Below, in pieces: positions 1 to 13,299 of a stretch of DNA of 64,000 bases. How positions within the stretch are numbered: the stretch's first letter is position 1; each line of letters starts with the position of its first letter. Both the position numbers and the translations under genes were made by a program. The stretch comes from Rhina ancylostomus. Taxonomy: Eukaryota. Where the stretch lies: contig JARFYF010000029.1 of the NCBI GenBank assembly GCA_030265395.1, positions 20,573,101 to 20,637,100 on the forward strand. Reading direction: 5' to 3'. The notes below the pieces were generated by a model, which did no database searches, had not been told where the DNA came from, and saw only the letters and a list, made by a program, of their open reading frames with translations.

Positions 1-479
1 CATGGCCTATTAGACCTTTTCAGAAACTGTATGTAGGCCTTTGTGAAAAGGAGAATGACAAGGCAGTATCACAAGAGAACGGGCTGGTGCACCATCTGGA
101 TGTGAATAAGTAATATTCCTGACAGAGTTAGAGCCAGAAGCAAACAATATGCCAACAAATCTTCTCAAAGGGCAAAAGATGTCTAAAATGGAGATGTAGT
201 GCAGAAACTGGAAGATTAGTTTTAATCCAAAGCTATTAAAAATAGCTGAAAGCTTTATGTTTGTGACAGGATGAGACTATAAGTGAGTACATCCATTAAA
301 GATCTTATCTTGGCATTGCAATTTTGGTGCCATGTTAAATCATGGCTTCCAGGAATAATTTGGCTTGGAAGATAACTGAAATAAATGGCAAGAATACCAC
401 ACATTATTTCATAGTTGCATATTGTAACAATTTCAAAAGGACTTATATTGGGATCATAAATAATACATACTATAAATAC

Positions 480-700
480 ATCCAGTCATGAAGTCAGAAG
501 ACATTTCTTTATGCACAGAGTGATGAGAATTTGGTGTTCATTGATGTATAGAATGATTGAGATGAATTGCAGATGCATTTAAGAGGACGATAGATAGCAC
601 ACATGGAAGAAAGGAATAAAGGAATATGTTGATTCTGCAGACTGAGGCAAAATGGGACAAGGCTCGTGTGAAAACAGAAATGCATCATCTGAATAACTGC
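480..700 (+). mobile_element. CR1 LINE 3' fragment
   Basis: Degenerate CR1 ORF2 C-terminal pattern (ttctttatgcacagagtgatgagaatttgg...gcatttaagagg). Confidence 0.65.
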
Positions 701-1649
701 TCAATTCTTGTAAAATTCCATTTAAAAATCTGGATAAATGTTTTTTTCTTAATATATCACCACAATGTCCAAAATAAAGCATATCATTCCATCTTCTTTC
801 CAGTTTTCTATCTGCTCCCCTGAAGGTGGCTGCTTTATGCTAGCTCAAATTCACTGACATGTCAGTTATATCTCATCAAGTGTTCATCCTTATAAATAAG
901 CCTCATGTAAAGTCAATAGGAATTTGATGTAGCCCAGATGAATCCCATCCTTACTGACCATCCACATGAATGATCATGTTTTCCCCAACAAGGATCACAC
1001 AATAGTAGACAAGACAAACTAAGGATATTTCACCATCTGAAAAATGTGGAAATACTGGGGTTGGTTGTGATGTCCCACTTCTCACCTGTTGTAGTTACAT
1101 ACTCTGCTCCAAACTGGAGGTTAAACTGGGGTGGTTCTGCTTCTGTGGCATCGTATCTCTCCACAGCCACAGACTTGGCACCATAGTATCCGTATTCATT
1201 TTTAATCACCTTTCCATCAACTCACACGCCAAAGAGATAATTCATGGTGATGATCTATGGTCCTTTAAGATCCTAGCAGGTGTGAAGATGCTGCAGAGAA
1301 ATCAATTTAAGTTCTGAGTAAAAACTCCCCATGGCATGAAATTACCCAGGTGTTGATGTTAATAAAGAGAAAATTGAGGGAAGTACATGCCTAAATTGTC
1401 AATATTCAGTTCCCAGTGGGTGAATTACCTTACTGCAAATGCAAATTGTAAAATTATCCCTTTAGTTTCTTCTGATAGACTTACCAGAGTACTTGTAATG
1501 GCATCTGGTGAAATTACATATATTGTGCTGTCGTGTGAGGCAGTTTGAAATTCACATTAAAGCAATGTTGGTAATTAAGTAATAGGAATCAATGTCAGAT
1601 GAAAGTTAAATCATACATGCTTGAAAAGAGAAGAATTCTGTTGCTGGCT

Positions 1650-2416
1650 TAATGGTGACATATTTCTTTTATACTGTAATGATGGAATGAGGGACCTAAA
1701 TGTTCTTTCAAGTGGATAAAAACAATCCCAGAGCATTATTCTGAAGAAGAGCACAGGAATATCTCCCCATTGTCTCAATGTGCCTATATATTTATCCCAC
1801 AAACAAGACCTAAAATAGTTTTTCTAACTCGTTATCTTTTGTGAGAGCTTGTTGTATGCACTCTTCCTAGAAAGCAACAGTAATTAAACTTCAAAAATGT
1901 ATTTCATTGTCTTTAATATGCATCTGGTTCTATCTGCCCTTCACCTCTCCCCTAATGGTTCCCATTATCACCTTTCTTACTGATCAGGTTCTAACACTGG
2001 CAGCCTTCTGTGTTTCTGCTTTATCACCCTCCAGCAGCAGTCTCCACCTTCACCTTCCTCTCCCCCCACCTGGCTCCATCTGCCTTTTTGTCTGTTTTCA
2101 CCTATCATCCACCTTCTTCTGTCTCCCAAATCCACTGGTCCCCACCCTCATCTTGCTCCAGCTGCCCATCTTTCTCACTCCTCCTATCACCTACTGGCCC
2201 CAGTCTCGCCACTTTCCTCTCCACTCTCAGACCTAATGTAGGGTCTCGACCTGAAACATCAACAATCCTTTTGCCCTACAGATGCTGCTGGACACGTTGT
2301 TCCTCCAGCTGCTTGTTTTTAGCTCCAGGTTCCAGCATCAGCAGTCTCTTGTGTCTCTATAATAAGCAGGTCGTGAGGTTTGGAAAAGTGCTATGTAAAT
2401 ACAAGTTCTTTCTTTT
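1650..2416 (+). mobile_element. Deu-domain SINE (SacSINE1/AmnSINE-like) split by a Penelope-like-derived insertion at ~1910-2358
   Basis: Deu-like core (gtggataaaaacaatcccagagcattattctgaagaagagc...tttatccc); its tail gtgctatgtaaatacaagttcttt resumes at ~2360. The insert ends gggtctcgacctgaaac...cagcagtctcttgtgtctc. Confidence 0.7.
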
Positions 2417-4309
2417 ACTTTTATAAATGTCAAGAAATAAATGTCTGCCAGAAAATACACACAGTGCTGCACTAACATTTGGCTCATGGTGTCATTTACC
2501 TTCAAATCAACTGTATTGCAATCCTAACATCCTTTGCATATATTTCCTTAACTCAGCACTATGGTGCTGCTGTTGTGCACCCTCTGGCAAGCAAACTACT
2601 CAATTAAAATAATAATACATAAAATAAGTTCAAAAGAGGTCTGTAACATGAAATTTGGATGCTTTTCACAAACCATTTGCTGAAGCCACCAATTGAATTG
2701 CAATGCTGTTGAGCCCATTCATAGTTTGCACATTATGGGAGCTTTTCTGCAGCCCTTAAGTGATTCTTTACCCTATACACAAATAAAACAATTTTGGCTC
2801 TCCATCATGGTATGCATTCATTGCCAACTATCAGTTCCTCTTCCATATCCAATAAACTGAAAAATACTTCCAAAATACTGAAAATTGTTTTAATTCTGAG
2901 GAAATTATTTTAATAAGTGAAAATCTTTTATAATAACAAAAATATATGAAAATTCTATATTCAACAATATAAATAAGTTGCCCGCTTGAAATTAACATAA
3001 TTTATGCTGTGGTAACTGGACTGGTAGGGAGCATGACACTGATGACATGTAAGCAGTTATACTCAGTATTGGAATTATCTGTGGTTAACAGGAGCAACCC
3101 ACATGTTGTGTCCACCTAATATTTTTTATTTCAGGACATGATAAAATTCTGCAAGAGTTTACCAAAAATCATGAAGGCCCCCAAATAAACAGCCCATGAA
3201 AAGCATCAGTGAAAGCTTGGTGAATCAGATCAGTGCACATCTAACATAAGTTGGCATCCTTGACTAGTTCCACATAAGGTACTGGGCTTGGAGGAAAGCA
3301 GGACTTTCTTCAATCTAATCATTAATAGAGTTTGCCAAGTTAATTTATGCACTGAGGAAGTTGTATGGTTTTCTGGAGAATTTCCTCATTTTGGAGAGTA
3401 GATAAGAGAACATCATATGTGCATTGTCTTGGACCCACAATACTCAGCATCAATTTGTGTGTGTAGATTACTAAGAGCCCAGGTAGTACGATCTGTCAAG
3501 ATGTACTTTAATGTGGGCATAACAATGAATTGTTTTTGCATATCCAGGAAAGATTCCTAAGCACTGGCTGTTCCTTCCCCCTCCCCCCTCTCCTCCACCT
3601 TCTCCCTAAATATTCTCTGGTTCAAGGAAGGGCGAGGGGCAGCAGATGACAGCAACTTTCCTCTCCCTGCCACCTCTTAATAGACAATGAGAAACTCACT
3701 CTCCAGCTGTGACTGTGAAAAATACTTCCTATTTCAGAACATCGGTACTCTCACTTCCTTCTCCATTCTTCATTTCTTCTGGTTATTTATAGTTTCACAA
3801 CAAAACTGTGTATGCCGTGATTTTTAATTAGAGTATTTTACCCTTCCATATATTGCAGCACAGCTAAATTTGCTATTTTCAAAACATTGTTCACCTTTTA
3901 TATTTTTTCTTTTAAGCATGTGGTAGTGTTTCATTCATTTTTTACATATTCTTAAGTGATAGATCAAGCACTGTGTCTCCTTTTCAAAGGGCAGGTTTGA
4001 ACTGTTGGCTTCCAGAAGCAGTGCTAGGGTTGATGGACACGACTGTGCGTGGGGAGGGAGGGGTGAGGCAGCTGTGCAGGGTTAAACAATGAGACCACAA
4101 TGGTCAAAGACAATAAGCTCCGATAGTAGCATGGACAAAGTCAAACTAATCATATCTTTCATCATCAAGAGACCCAGAAATGAGATTATCTACAACTTCA
4201 GTCATTGTATGATATAATGCTGGTTTGAAAATAAGAGTTGCATAGTGCTGGTAAAAACAATGAACAGTGGCAGTTGTGTTTTGGGAAAAAAAAGTAGATT
4301 CGTTAAAGT

Positions 4310-4660
4310 AACCTTTTGAGTCATAAGCTATGGTTCAAACTCCCTTCTAGGTACTGGAGGACGCACACGAGGATGACATTTCTCTGCCACACTTGGGGAG
4401 TCACTGTATTGTAGATGGAATATTAAACTGAGACTCCACCTGTCTCTCAGGTGAATTACAAAATCACATTAAACTATTTGTAATGTGAGGAGTTTTCCAC
4501 TATCCTAGGTAATATTAAGCCCATGGCTTGACTGGCTATGATCATTAATCTTATTGTTGCTTGTTGGTCCTTGGGTGAAAAATGGTGATTGTGTTTTATT
4601 ACATTATGGCAAGGACTACAGAACTTCACATAGACTTTAATTTATAAACTGCTCCATGAC
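4310..4660 (+). mobile_element. Degenerate Deu-domain SINE
   Basis: B-box-like ggttcaaactccc, then attaaactgagactccacctgtctctcaggtg core. Confidence 0.65.
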
Positions 4661-5069
4661 TCGGAAGTTGTACAACTTTAGGTAGCATTATTCAACCCTG
4701 TTGTGACCAATTGGGCACTACTATGTGCTCCTCAAGCATACACTTGTGGCATGGCATATTGCAACACTTGCGAGACTCAACACTTGCAAGACTCATGCAT
4801 CAGGTTAATACACAGATTAGGAAAATCATGACATTAATCCTAGTGTTACTTTGATGTGACACTCTTACTGTCAGTAGACATCAGCGATGGAGCTAACTTA
4901 CACAGATATCCCTGGATTTATCACTGAAAATACCTCCTCACCTATCTCCCATGCTTATGCTTCTTTAAAAGCATCTTCAATTACTGCAAGTTTTTAGCAA
5001 TAGATTTGTAGGAGTGTCAGTTGCTGAGAGGTATTGGTTCTTATTGCTGATACTGTCACACAGGCACTG

Positions 5070-5415
5070 GAACTCAACAAAATTACAAATGTTGGAAATC
5101 TGACATAAAAGCAGAAAATAATAGAAACACTCAGCAAGTAGGCAGCCTGATCTGCCCAATATTTTCAGCAGTTTCTGTTTTTATTATGAAAACACAATGA
5201 TGGTTGGAAGAACTCAGCAGGCCAGGCAGCATCTGTGGAGGAAAGCAGGCAGTCAATGTTTTGGGTCAGGACCCCTTTTCAGGTCCTGAAGAAGGGTACT
5301 GACCTGAAACGTTGACTGCCTGCTTTTCTCTACAGGTGCTGCCTGGCCTGCTGAGTTCCTCCAGCATCATCATGTTTTTCATTTAGATTCCAGCATCTGC
5401 TGTCCTTTGTTTCTC
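5070..5415. repeat. Palindromic Penelope-like/MER6-like non-autonomous repeats (two adjacent copies)
   Basis: Arms 5186-5283 and 5285-5382 are near reverse complements. Related single-arm or deleted copies at 7038-7180, 42900-42990, 46890-47010 and 59390-59545. Confidence 0.8.
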
Positions 5416-6040
5416 GAGGCATATGGCTTGCTTGCCTTTATTAGTCAAGACACTGAGTTCAAGAGTCAGTAAATTATGTTATGGTTTGAAAACACTGGTT
5501 AGACTGCATCTGGAGTATTGCATTCAATTCTGGTCACCCCATTATAGGAAGGATATGGAGGCTTTGGAGGAGGTGCAGAGGAGGCTTATCAGGATGCGGC
5601 CTGGATTAGGAGGCATGTGCTATGGTGACAGGTTGGACAGGCTCTGATTGTTTCTCTGGAGCATGGAGGCTGAGGAATGATCTGATAGAGGTTTATAAGA
5701 TTATCAAAAGCATAACTAGATAGCCAGTATCCTTTTCCCAGCAATGAAATGTCTAATACTAGAGGGTATGCATTAAAGGTGAGAGGGAGTAAGTTCAAAA
5801 GCAATGTGCAGGGCAAGTTTTATGCACAGACAATGGTGGATGCTTAGAATGCACTTCCAGGGGTGGTAATGGAAGCAAGTATGATTGAAGTGTTTAAGAG
5901 TCTCTTATATAGGCACACGCATGTGCAGAGAATGGAGGGGTATGGAGATTGTATCGGCAGAAGGGATTTGTTTAGTTGGACATTTAATTACTAGTTTAAT
6001 GATCGGTCCAACAGTGTGGACCGAAGGGCCTGTTCAATGT
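5416..6040 (+). mobile_element. CR1 LINE 3' fragment (RT C-terminus plus 3' UTR)
   Basis: LVRLHLEYCIQFWSPHYRKDMEALEEVQRR in ORF 5423..5647; tail tggaccgaagggcctgtt. Confidence 0.9.
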
Positions 6041-6089
6041 TGGTCTAACCCATTTATTGCCAATTCTACAGGAATCCCATTTTCTTCCG

Positions 6090-6320
6090 CGTTTCTCTTG
6101 AACTTTTCTCAGATTCTACCATTTGCCTGCACACTCGGGGCAATCTACAGCAGCCATTTAATCCACAACCCGCGTGTGTTTGGGATGTGGGAGGATATCA
6201 AAACGTATGTGGTCCCAGAAGGAAAATGTGCAAACTCTGCATAGGCAGTACCTGAGGCCAGGATGAAACCTGGGGCACTGTAAGACAGCAGCTCTGCTGT
6301 ACCAATGTGCCAGCCACTGT
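6090..6320 (-). mobile_element. tRNA-derived V-SINE (HE1-like)
   Basis: tttgggatgtgggagg...tgtgcaaactctgcatagg...ggatgaaacctggg is the reverse complement of the V-SINE head and core. Confidence 0.75.
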
Positions 6321-7299
6321 GTCCTTGAGGTAGGAAATAAATCTTTGCTTCAGAAGGGTAGTACAACTATCTTATTTCTTGCATAAAAATAGTAGTACCC
6401 TTTTTGCAGATGAGGTCATTGAAATCCGATGGAAATCTAATATGTGGTGTTCTTTTGTTCAATATGATTCATAGTCCCAGCTCCTATTCTGGAATCTGCA
6501 TCAAAAAATCTGGAAAGCAATGTTTGTTTATGGTTTTACCTGGCAGACAAGTTTTGGACTTGCAAACAGACGGAGTTTGACTGCCAGTAAAGAACTGGAC
6601 ACACGTTGTATCAAGAGCCACATGTTCTATTAGGGGATGTATGGCCCTGGCTCGGTTTGTTTGGTTATCTGACCACTAAGCCATATAATGTATCTGCCAA
6701 ACATTTCACTATTTTTAAAAAAGATATAATATGTACCATGGATACCATAAATAACTAGTGACAGGAATATTATACACACGATACATTACAAAAGACATGC
6801 TGCTTAGTTATTAAAATAGGGTCTCTCCCCAATGATTCCAACATAGCAGGTTAGCAGAAATTGGGAAAATAACATTAGAAGCAACACCGTCAAAGTCCTA
6901 GGGCAACATTTCACTTTTCATGTAATGTTCTGTGAATNNNNNNNNNNNNNNNNNNNNNNNNNNNNNNNNNNNNNNNNNNNNNNNNNNNNNNNNNNNNNNN
7001 NNNNNNNNNNNNNNNNNNNNNNNNNNNNNNNNNNNNNCCTGTCTTTATTCCTGATTAAGGGTTCTGGCCCGAAATATTGACAGCCTGCTTTTCTCCATGG
7101 ATGCTGCCTGGCCTGCTGAGTTCCTCCAGCATCATTGTGTTTTTCATCTAGATTCCAATATCTGCAGTCCTGTGTTTCTCTGTTTTGATTATCACAGATG
7201 CTATAATCCACAGTGAGGTGCCCAGAATCAGGAATTGTATCCCGAACTCTGGGCTTCAGCCAAACCTCTTTACCTCCAGAGACTAGGTCTTTGGTGGCC

Positions 7300-7730
7300 A
7301 TCACCTTTGGTGTTCAGAATGCCCTGGAGAATGAGGACAAGGCACACAGACCAGGGCAGCCTGTTAGAGGGGAAAGGAATAGAAACGGGATAGGGCCTCT
7401 CAGCAGCAGAAAATATCCAACAACAGCTTGCCATTTTGCCAAAAGTAACCTTCCTATGTACAGCTCAGAAAAGAACAAGGCTTGAGAGCACCCTCACCCC
7501 TTCTCTAACAAGGTGCTGATGGACACATGCCACCTGCTACAGAGCAGGGTAAGAGCCGTGTTGTCTGTTTCTGAATACTCCAGGAGGGAGATTTTGTTTC
7601 ACTTTGCAGGGACCACCAAAGCAGTATAATTGCAATTCTCCCAATGAGCAAGGAATGCACCCACATTACCCTGGAGGCTCCATATGTGAATCCTGAGATG
7701 TTCAGCAAGTGCAAGTGTTCCATACCTTTA
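7300..7730 (+). mobile_element. PIF/Harbinger transposase relic
   Basis: ECTHITLEAPYVNPEMFSKCK from 7653 resembles the HARBI1-type DxTH...AP...NRKG block; disrupted. Confidence 0.6.
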
Positions 7731-7744
7731 TCCTTACTACCTAA

Positions 7745-8030
7745 AAGGAGACCATTTGGCCCAATGAGTCTTTGCCAGCTCTCAGAGCAACCACTTTAAT
7801 CCCATTCTCCCACTCATTTCCCTGTAACCTATCTTCTTTAGCATGCCCATTAACATCATCTCCCCACAAAACAAATTCTTACAACAAAACCGCACTTAGG
7901 AGCAAAATGCAGTAATCAATTTGTGTAGGAGGATACCGGAGCATCTAAAGGAGAATATGCAAACTCCGCGCAGATGGGATCAGAGGTCCCTCGTGCTGTG
8001 AGGCAGCTGCTCTACCTACAGCACTATTGT
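7745..8030 (-). mobile_element. tRNA-derived V-SINE (HE1-like)
   Basis: gaccatttggcccaatgagtctttgccagctc tail and aggaggataccggagca...atgcaaactccgcgcag core. Confidence 0.7.
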
Positions 8031-8229
8031 TTTGCTCCCTGATTGAATAGCTGGACTGTGATCATACACAGAGGGTCATGGAGCTTTCTTGGAAACGAGC
8101 AGGTAGTAGTGACACTTTCTTTATTTTCATCAGTCTGCAGGACACTTTTTTATCAGGCACAAGCAAGGCCCAGCTCCTCACTGCAGACAAGGATTATTTT
8201 CTCACCACCAGACTTGTAACTGCAGTCTA

Positions 8230-9120
8230 AAATCCACAAACAAGAGGTGACCAGAATGAGATCCATGCCCCACACCCCCTCACTAAGTGAATGGAGAAGC
8301 AGCAAAATAAATCTTGAGGGTAGAAAACTAATTTATGCTCCATTGAGCTACTGACAATCCCCTTGGGTGGAGAGGAGACGGGTGCAGAGGTTGTTGATTG
8401 GACAGAGGGGGACACAGGAACCTTAGCAATTTTAGCAATCGTTTGGAAGGGAGATGTTGAATTGCTTTGACAAAATCCTGAAAGCATCTTTGAACACCGG
8501 CATCCTGACCCATAGTGCCAGGAGTCTGAGCTTTCAATACAACACTCTAATATTGGGTGGCTTCTGATTGTGGTGCAGAAGAAGCCGAGACTGATGGTGT
8601 CATCTTATACTGCATGATGGTAGGGTCTGCAAGTTTGGAAATGGACCTGGCACCACTTCTATGCTGGAAAGCCCGAGCTCCAGGGTCTGTAAAAACCCTG
8701 CATAAGGCTGGAGCCACAGAACCTAATTTTCTGTAATGCTGCATGCATACAGGCAACTTTGCCAATGCACTGAACATTTCATTGTGTACACCTTTTAGTG
8801 TTCTTCTTAATTGCACCGTTGGAGTTCCCATCTGAATCCTGTGCAGCAGAAACGTACAACCTTGCCCTCTGAAGAGATGGCACTTTCACTAGATCTCACC
8901 TGCTCCCAAGGCTGCTTGCAGATGTTGTCTCAAAGCTGTCCACTGCAGAATGTGTAGTGTCAGCATCCGAGCTGGTGAAGCTATTGTCAGATTGGGTGAT
9001 GGTCTGTCTTCTTCATCACTCTCTTGCAACTGAACCACATCTGTGGAATGATGTCTTTGACTGGTTTCTGCCACAACATGCCTCTGGTGTAGGAGATGCA
9101 AGTCAGCTAACATACTAGAT
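8230..9120 (-). mobile_element. Probable Harbinger second-ORF (Myb/SANT gene) relic
   Basis: Aligns by eye with 34420-34840 (RRTLKGVHNEMFSAL vs RRRLMRKHTGMCGEF; KAQTPGTMGQDAGVQRCF vs QAQISPIMALDTNIQKCF), whose upstream part has a Myb/SANT-like motif. Confidence 0.5.
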
Positions 9121-10268
9121 ACCTTGAATTGAAGCTAGCCCATAAGAAGTTGGGCCTCTTTGATCATGTAATCAAGTTGACAGAAGTGTAGTTAATGTTA
9201 GGTACTCACTGAGATCATGATAATGAAATACAACACAACATATTTGTGCATTTTGTACTAGATCGCACATGGCTGGGTTAATCATACATCGCCATCTAGT
9301 GCCTATTTTCCTGTGTGGTCCAATTTGTCCACCTTAGTCCCTGAAATGGAACATTAGAGGAAAGAGCGGTTGGACAGTTAATATATTGTGCATGCTTAGA
9401 TATGTTGTTCTGCGACTGTACCCAACAGATCTTTCTTAGGCTCTGGTTTGTCTCAATACTTTGCCTTTTGTCATGCGCATTAGGGTCATTGACCCTGTAT
9501 CTCTGTATATAATCACTCATGCATATGATGATCAATGGGGATAATCTTAGTTCTCCAAACTGACCAGATATAGAAACACATGGCTTTGTCAGTCTTGTAT
9601 TCATTGGAACTTTATTTTCTTCAATAAGGCTTAAACAAAAAGAAACCATAGCTTAACTTGTAAAAAAAACACAACAGGAGAATAAAATATGTGTTCATAA
9701 TGCCTTTGTGATAAAACTGTATAATTTTTAGATTTTAATATTGGTGACTGAGTTCCAGTTTTTAAAAAAGTACAATTTGAAAAAGGACCAGTGTAGAAAA
9801 GGTTACTTGACTAAATTACTCATAGATCTTAAATAATAAAATGGATGATGTATATACATTGCCCTTCTGTCATACCTTATCAGATTTTATTGGTTCCAAT
9901 TATTGTTCAATAATCGGCTGGGAGAAAATGGCTTCTGTATGGCCTCTTTGGCATGATGTAAGGAATAGCTGCCAAATAACATTATGAATAGAAATACTGT
10001 GCAGTAAACAATATGGTCATTCATGATGTCATTGAAAATGGAATACAAAATACTAGAACATGGCAGGGAACGAGTGCCACAAGCAAATATAAATGCTTTT
10101 CCATCCAAAGCACTAAAACAATTGAGGTACGGCTCAATGAAACATAATCCCTTTAATATCTATTGGTGAAGATTAACAAAGACTGGAATACCACAGCTCA
10201 GCTAGAATTCAGCACTACGGACAGCTACATCTCAACTGATGTCAAAAAATGTATTCTTTGTTTTAAAG

Positions 10269-10315
10269 GCAAAAAAGAGTCTGGAGAAAACAAGACCACT
10301 AACAACGCTGTGGAG
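10269..10315 (+). CDS. Candidate internal exon of an unidentified + strand gene ((G)KKESGENKTTNNAVE; other open frame AKKSLEKTRPLTTLW)
   Basis: Acceptor tattctttgttttaaag and strong donor GAG|gtaaga; 47 nt; lies in non-repeat sequence. Confidence 0.5.
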
Positions 10316-12099
10316 GTAAGACACTCCTGCTTTGGAATAGGTCTGTGTTTTTGCTTCGTAGTTGCCTACAATTTAATATAAAATACACAGATCTGGCATG
10401 GCCCTTTAGCTCCTTCTAGGACACATGACCAGATTTAGTTCTGTAAATGTTTAAGTCCTTAGGTCATTAAAGCAAGGCATGTCAAGGCAAACAAAGAATC
10501 TGCATCAGTATTAACATCAATTGTTTGTTTACATATTTCTACTGATATTACTGAGCAGTATTTGCTTAAAATCAATTGGGAGAGATGATCTAATGAAAAC
10601 AAAACTGACCTCATTCTCTAAGAGTTTGTTGTCCCTCCCATTGCCTTCCAGCTCAGATCCTCTATAGTACTCTATATCACCTTCAAATTGTTTCTCTACT
10701 AAATGACTACCTGTTCCATCTTCTTTCTGTCACCTCCAGAAATTGCTGAAATTCCTTCTTCTGTCTCTAGTCTCCGTTTTCGCTCTTTCCAATATTTTGC
10801 TTTCCATTGTCTAAGAATGTCTCCCTTTTGAGCACTCTGCTACTTCCTTGCAAGCCACTGTTTCTCCCCTTGGTTTATTTCCTCTCCAACATAATTTCCT
10901 CAACTGTCTTATTCCTAATTGTTTTCTCTGCTCTATAATCTTATCTGCTCTGTGGCTTTCTTCTTTGTTCTAATGATTTTTACCTTTCTGAACCTCCAAC
11001 CCTTCCAGAATGATTGTTTTCTTCTGCATTTCATCTTTCCCAGTTTAGAAACATGGAGTTATACAGTATGGAAACAATCCATTCTCTCCTCTGCGTCCAT
11101 GCCAATGCCATGCATCCATTTAGACTACTCCTACACTAATCCCATTTTCTCCCTACATAATCACCCTACATTAGTTATTTTATAGTTACAGAGTCTCTTA
11201 GCACAGCAAATCCCCATCTCCTTTAGTTTGTATATCTGTGAGACAGCATTTTCCTGGCTCTACTCTATCATATGTTATCTCCCATCCAGTGTTTCACCAG
11301 TTTTCTCAGGTAACCATCTCCTGTGCATCTCTGTGTCCTTTCATCCGCAAAAATTGCTATTTTATAGCTTGTTTTTATTCACCTTCTGATGTATATTGAG
11401 CTTTCTTTCTCTTTTGTCCTCCCTGCTCCTTTTGATATGGCTTGTATCCTCTGTCTATTTTTCTTTTCTCCATTACCCTGTGAATAACTCTCATGATGAT
11501 TTCTTTCTTTTTCAATCTTTTTTATTAGTTTTCAAATCAATACAAATGGTATATAGCATCAAAGTTTGTATTGGTNNNNNNNNNNNNNNNNNNNNNNNNN
11601 NNNNNNNNNNNNNNNNNNNNNNNNNNNNNNNNNNNNNNNNNNNNNNNNNNNNNNNNNNNNNNNNNNNNNNNNNNNNNNNNNNNNNNNNNNNNNNNNNNNN
11701 NNNNNNNNNNNNNNNNNNNNNNNNNNNNNNNNNNNNNNNNNNNNNNNNNNNNNNNNNNNNNNNNNNNNNNNNNNNNNNNNNNNNNNNNNNNNNNNNNNNN
11801 NNNNNNNNNNNNNNNNNNNNNNNNNNNNNNNNNNNNNNNNNNNNNNNNNNNNNNNNNNNNNNNNNNNNNNNNNNNNNNNNNNNNNNNNNNNNNNNNNNNN
11901 NNNNNNNNNNNNNNNNNNNNNNNNNNNNNNNNNNNNNNNNNNNNNNNNNNNNNNNNNNNNNNNNNNNNNNNNNNNNNNNNNNNNNNNNNNNNNNNNNNNN
12001 NNNNNNNNNNNNNNNNNNNNNNNNNNNNNNNNNNNNNNNNNNNNNNNNNNNNNNNNNNNNNNNNNNNNNNNNTGCAGGTATTGGAAAATTTGACTTTTG

Positions 12100-12500
12100 A
12101 GGCTGGGGTTGATTTTTCTTTGAAATGAAGGGAGCTGTGGCGAGAGTTAATTGAAATGGATAAAATTATGATAGGCCTATTCAGGGTGAATAGAAGAGAC
12201 CTGGTTCCCAAGGCAAAGAGGTCAATAATTAGAAAACACAGATTTAAATTAATTCATAGAGGGATTAGTGGAAACTTGAGGGGAAAAAAAAACATCCGAG
12301 GGGTTGTAGGATCCTAGAACTGGCTGTCTGGAGGCAGAAACTCTCAACACATTTGACAAGTAGGAGCACTTAGTGAACTGTAGTTTTCAGGGCTGTGGTC
12401 AAAGACATTAAGTACAAGAATAGCCTAAACATGATGTTTGACTGCTGTGGACATGACGGGTTGAATGGCCTTTTTCTGTGCTGTTTCCATGATCCTATAA
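12100..12500 (+). mobile_element. CR1 LINE 3' fragment
   Basis: Degenerate ORF2 end and tail gggttgaatggcctttttctgtgctg. Confidence 0.75.
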
Positions 12501-13299
12501 TTAATTCCTTCTCAAACAGATTTCTTTTCCCACATTATTATTTCAAATTAAGCAAGGAAAAAGCCTATATTTTTAAATAAGTGATTAAAATGAAATTAGA
12601 AATAGAATGAGCAATGTGAAATAAGTTATTAATTAAAATGTTGAACAATGTTTGGACTAATCAGCCAACCAGAACAGTGGAGAGAAAAAGCAACAACTGT
12701 GTGTGTGTATGTGTCTTAGTGTTTCTTCTCTCTTTTCATTTCTTTCTCTCCTTGTCTCAATACTGCTCACCATCTTATTTTATTCCTCTTGCCTTTGCTG
12801 TTAGGGAATGATTTTCTTTCTCATCTCATCAATAATTTTCAAGTATCTCTTGCCTTTCTTTCTTCTGCAATGCACTCTTACATTTTACACCTATTCTGAA
12901 ATCTTTATCTATCTCCCATTGCTACTCCTATTTCTTTCAAAAATGTTCACGATTCTGTTCGCTGTTTTCTCTCCATTACAACTCATGCCTCTATCTTTAC
13001 AGCGTGTCAGCTTCTTAATATGCACTTACAATCAGATACTTTATATTCATGTTATTTCTGTACCTGCAACTCAATATTGTCCCACCATCAGATTATCTTC
13101 TAGTTATCTTTCAGGTTGTATCTTTTACCACAAGGCTTTTTTCTGCTTTATCAATATGATTTTCATCTTTTCCATCATTTGGTCACACATCCATCAAGTT
13201 TCTTACATTATTAATAATTTTCTGTTTGCTTATTTTGCTTTGTCCACTTTCTCCTATTAATTTTAGTCAGTTGTTTGTAACTATCCCAATGCTCTGTTT

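Noticed and set aside
3135-3199. Strong acceptor ttttttatttcag followed by a short frame (GHDKILQEFTKNHEGPQINSP*)
   Set aside because: Could be an alternative terminal exon, but there is no recognisable peptide or partner exon in the window.
11396-12211. Long ORFs spanning N runs (also at 19.6, 28.1 and 57.4 kb)
   Set aside because: Open only because N codons contain no stops.
12808-13260. 150-aa hydrophobic ORF resembling a membrane protein
   Set aside because: Product of T/C-rich low-complexity sequence; no motif or splice support.
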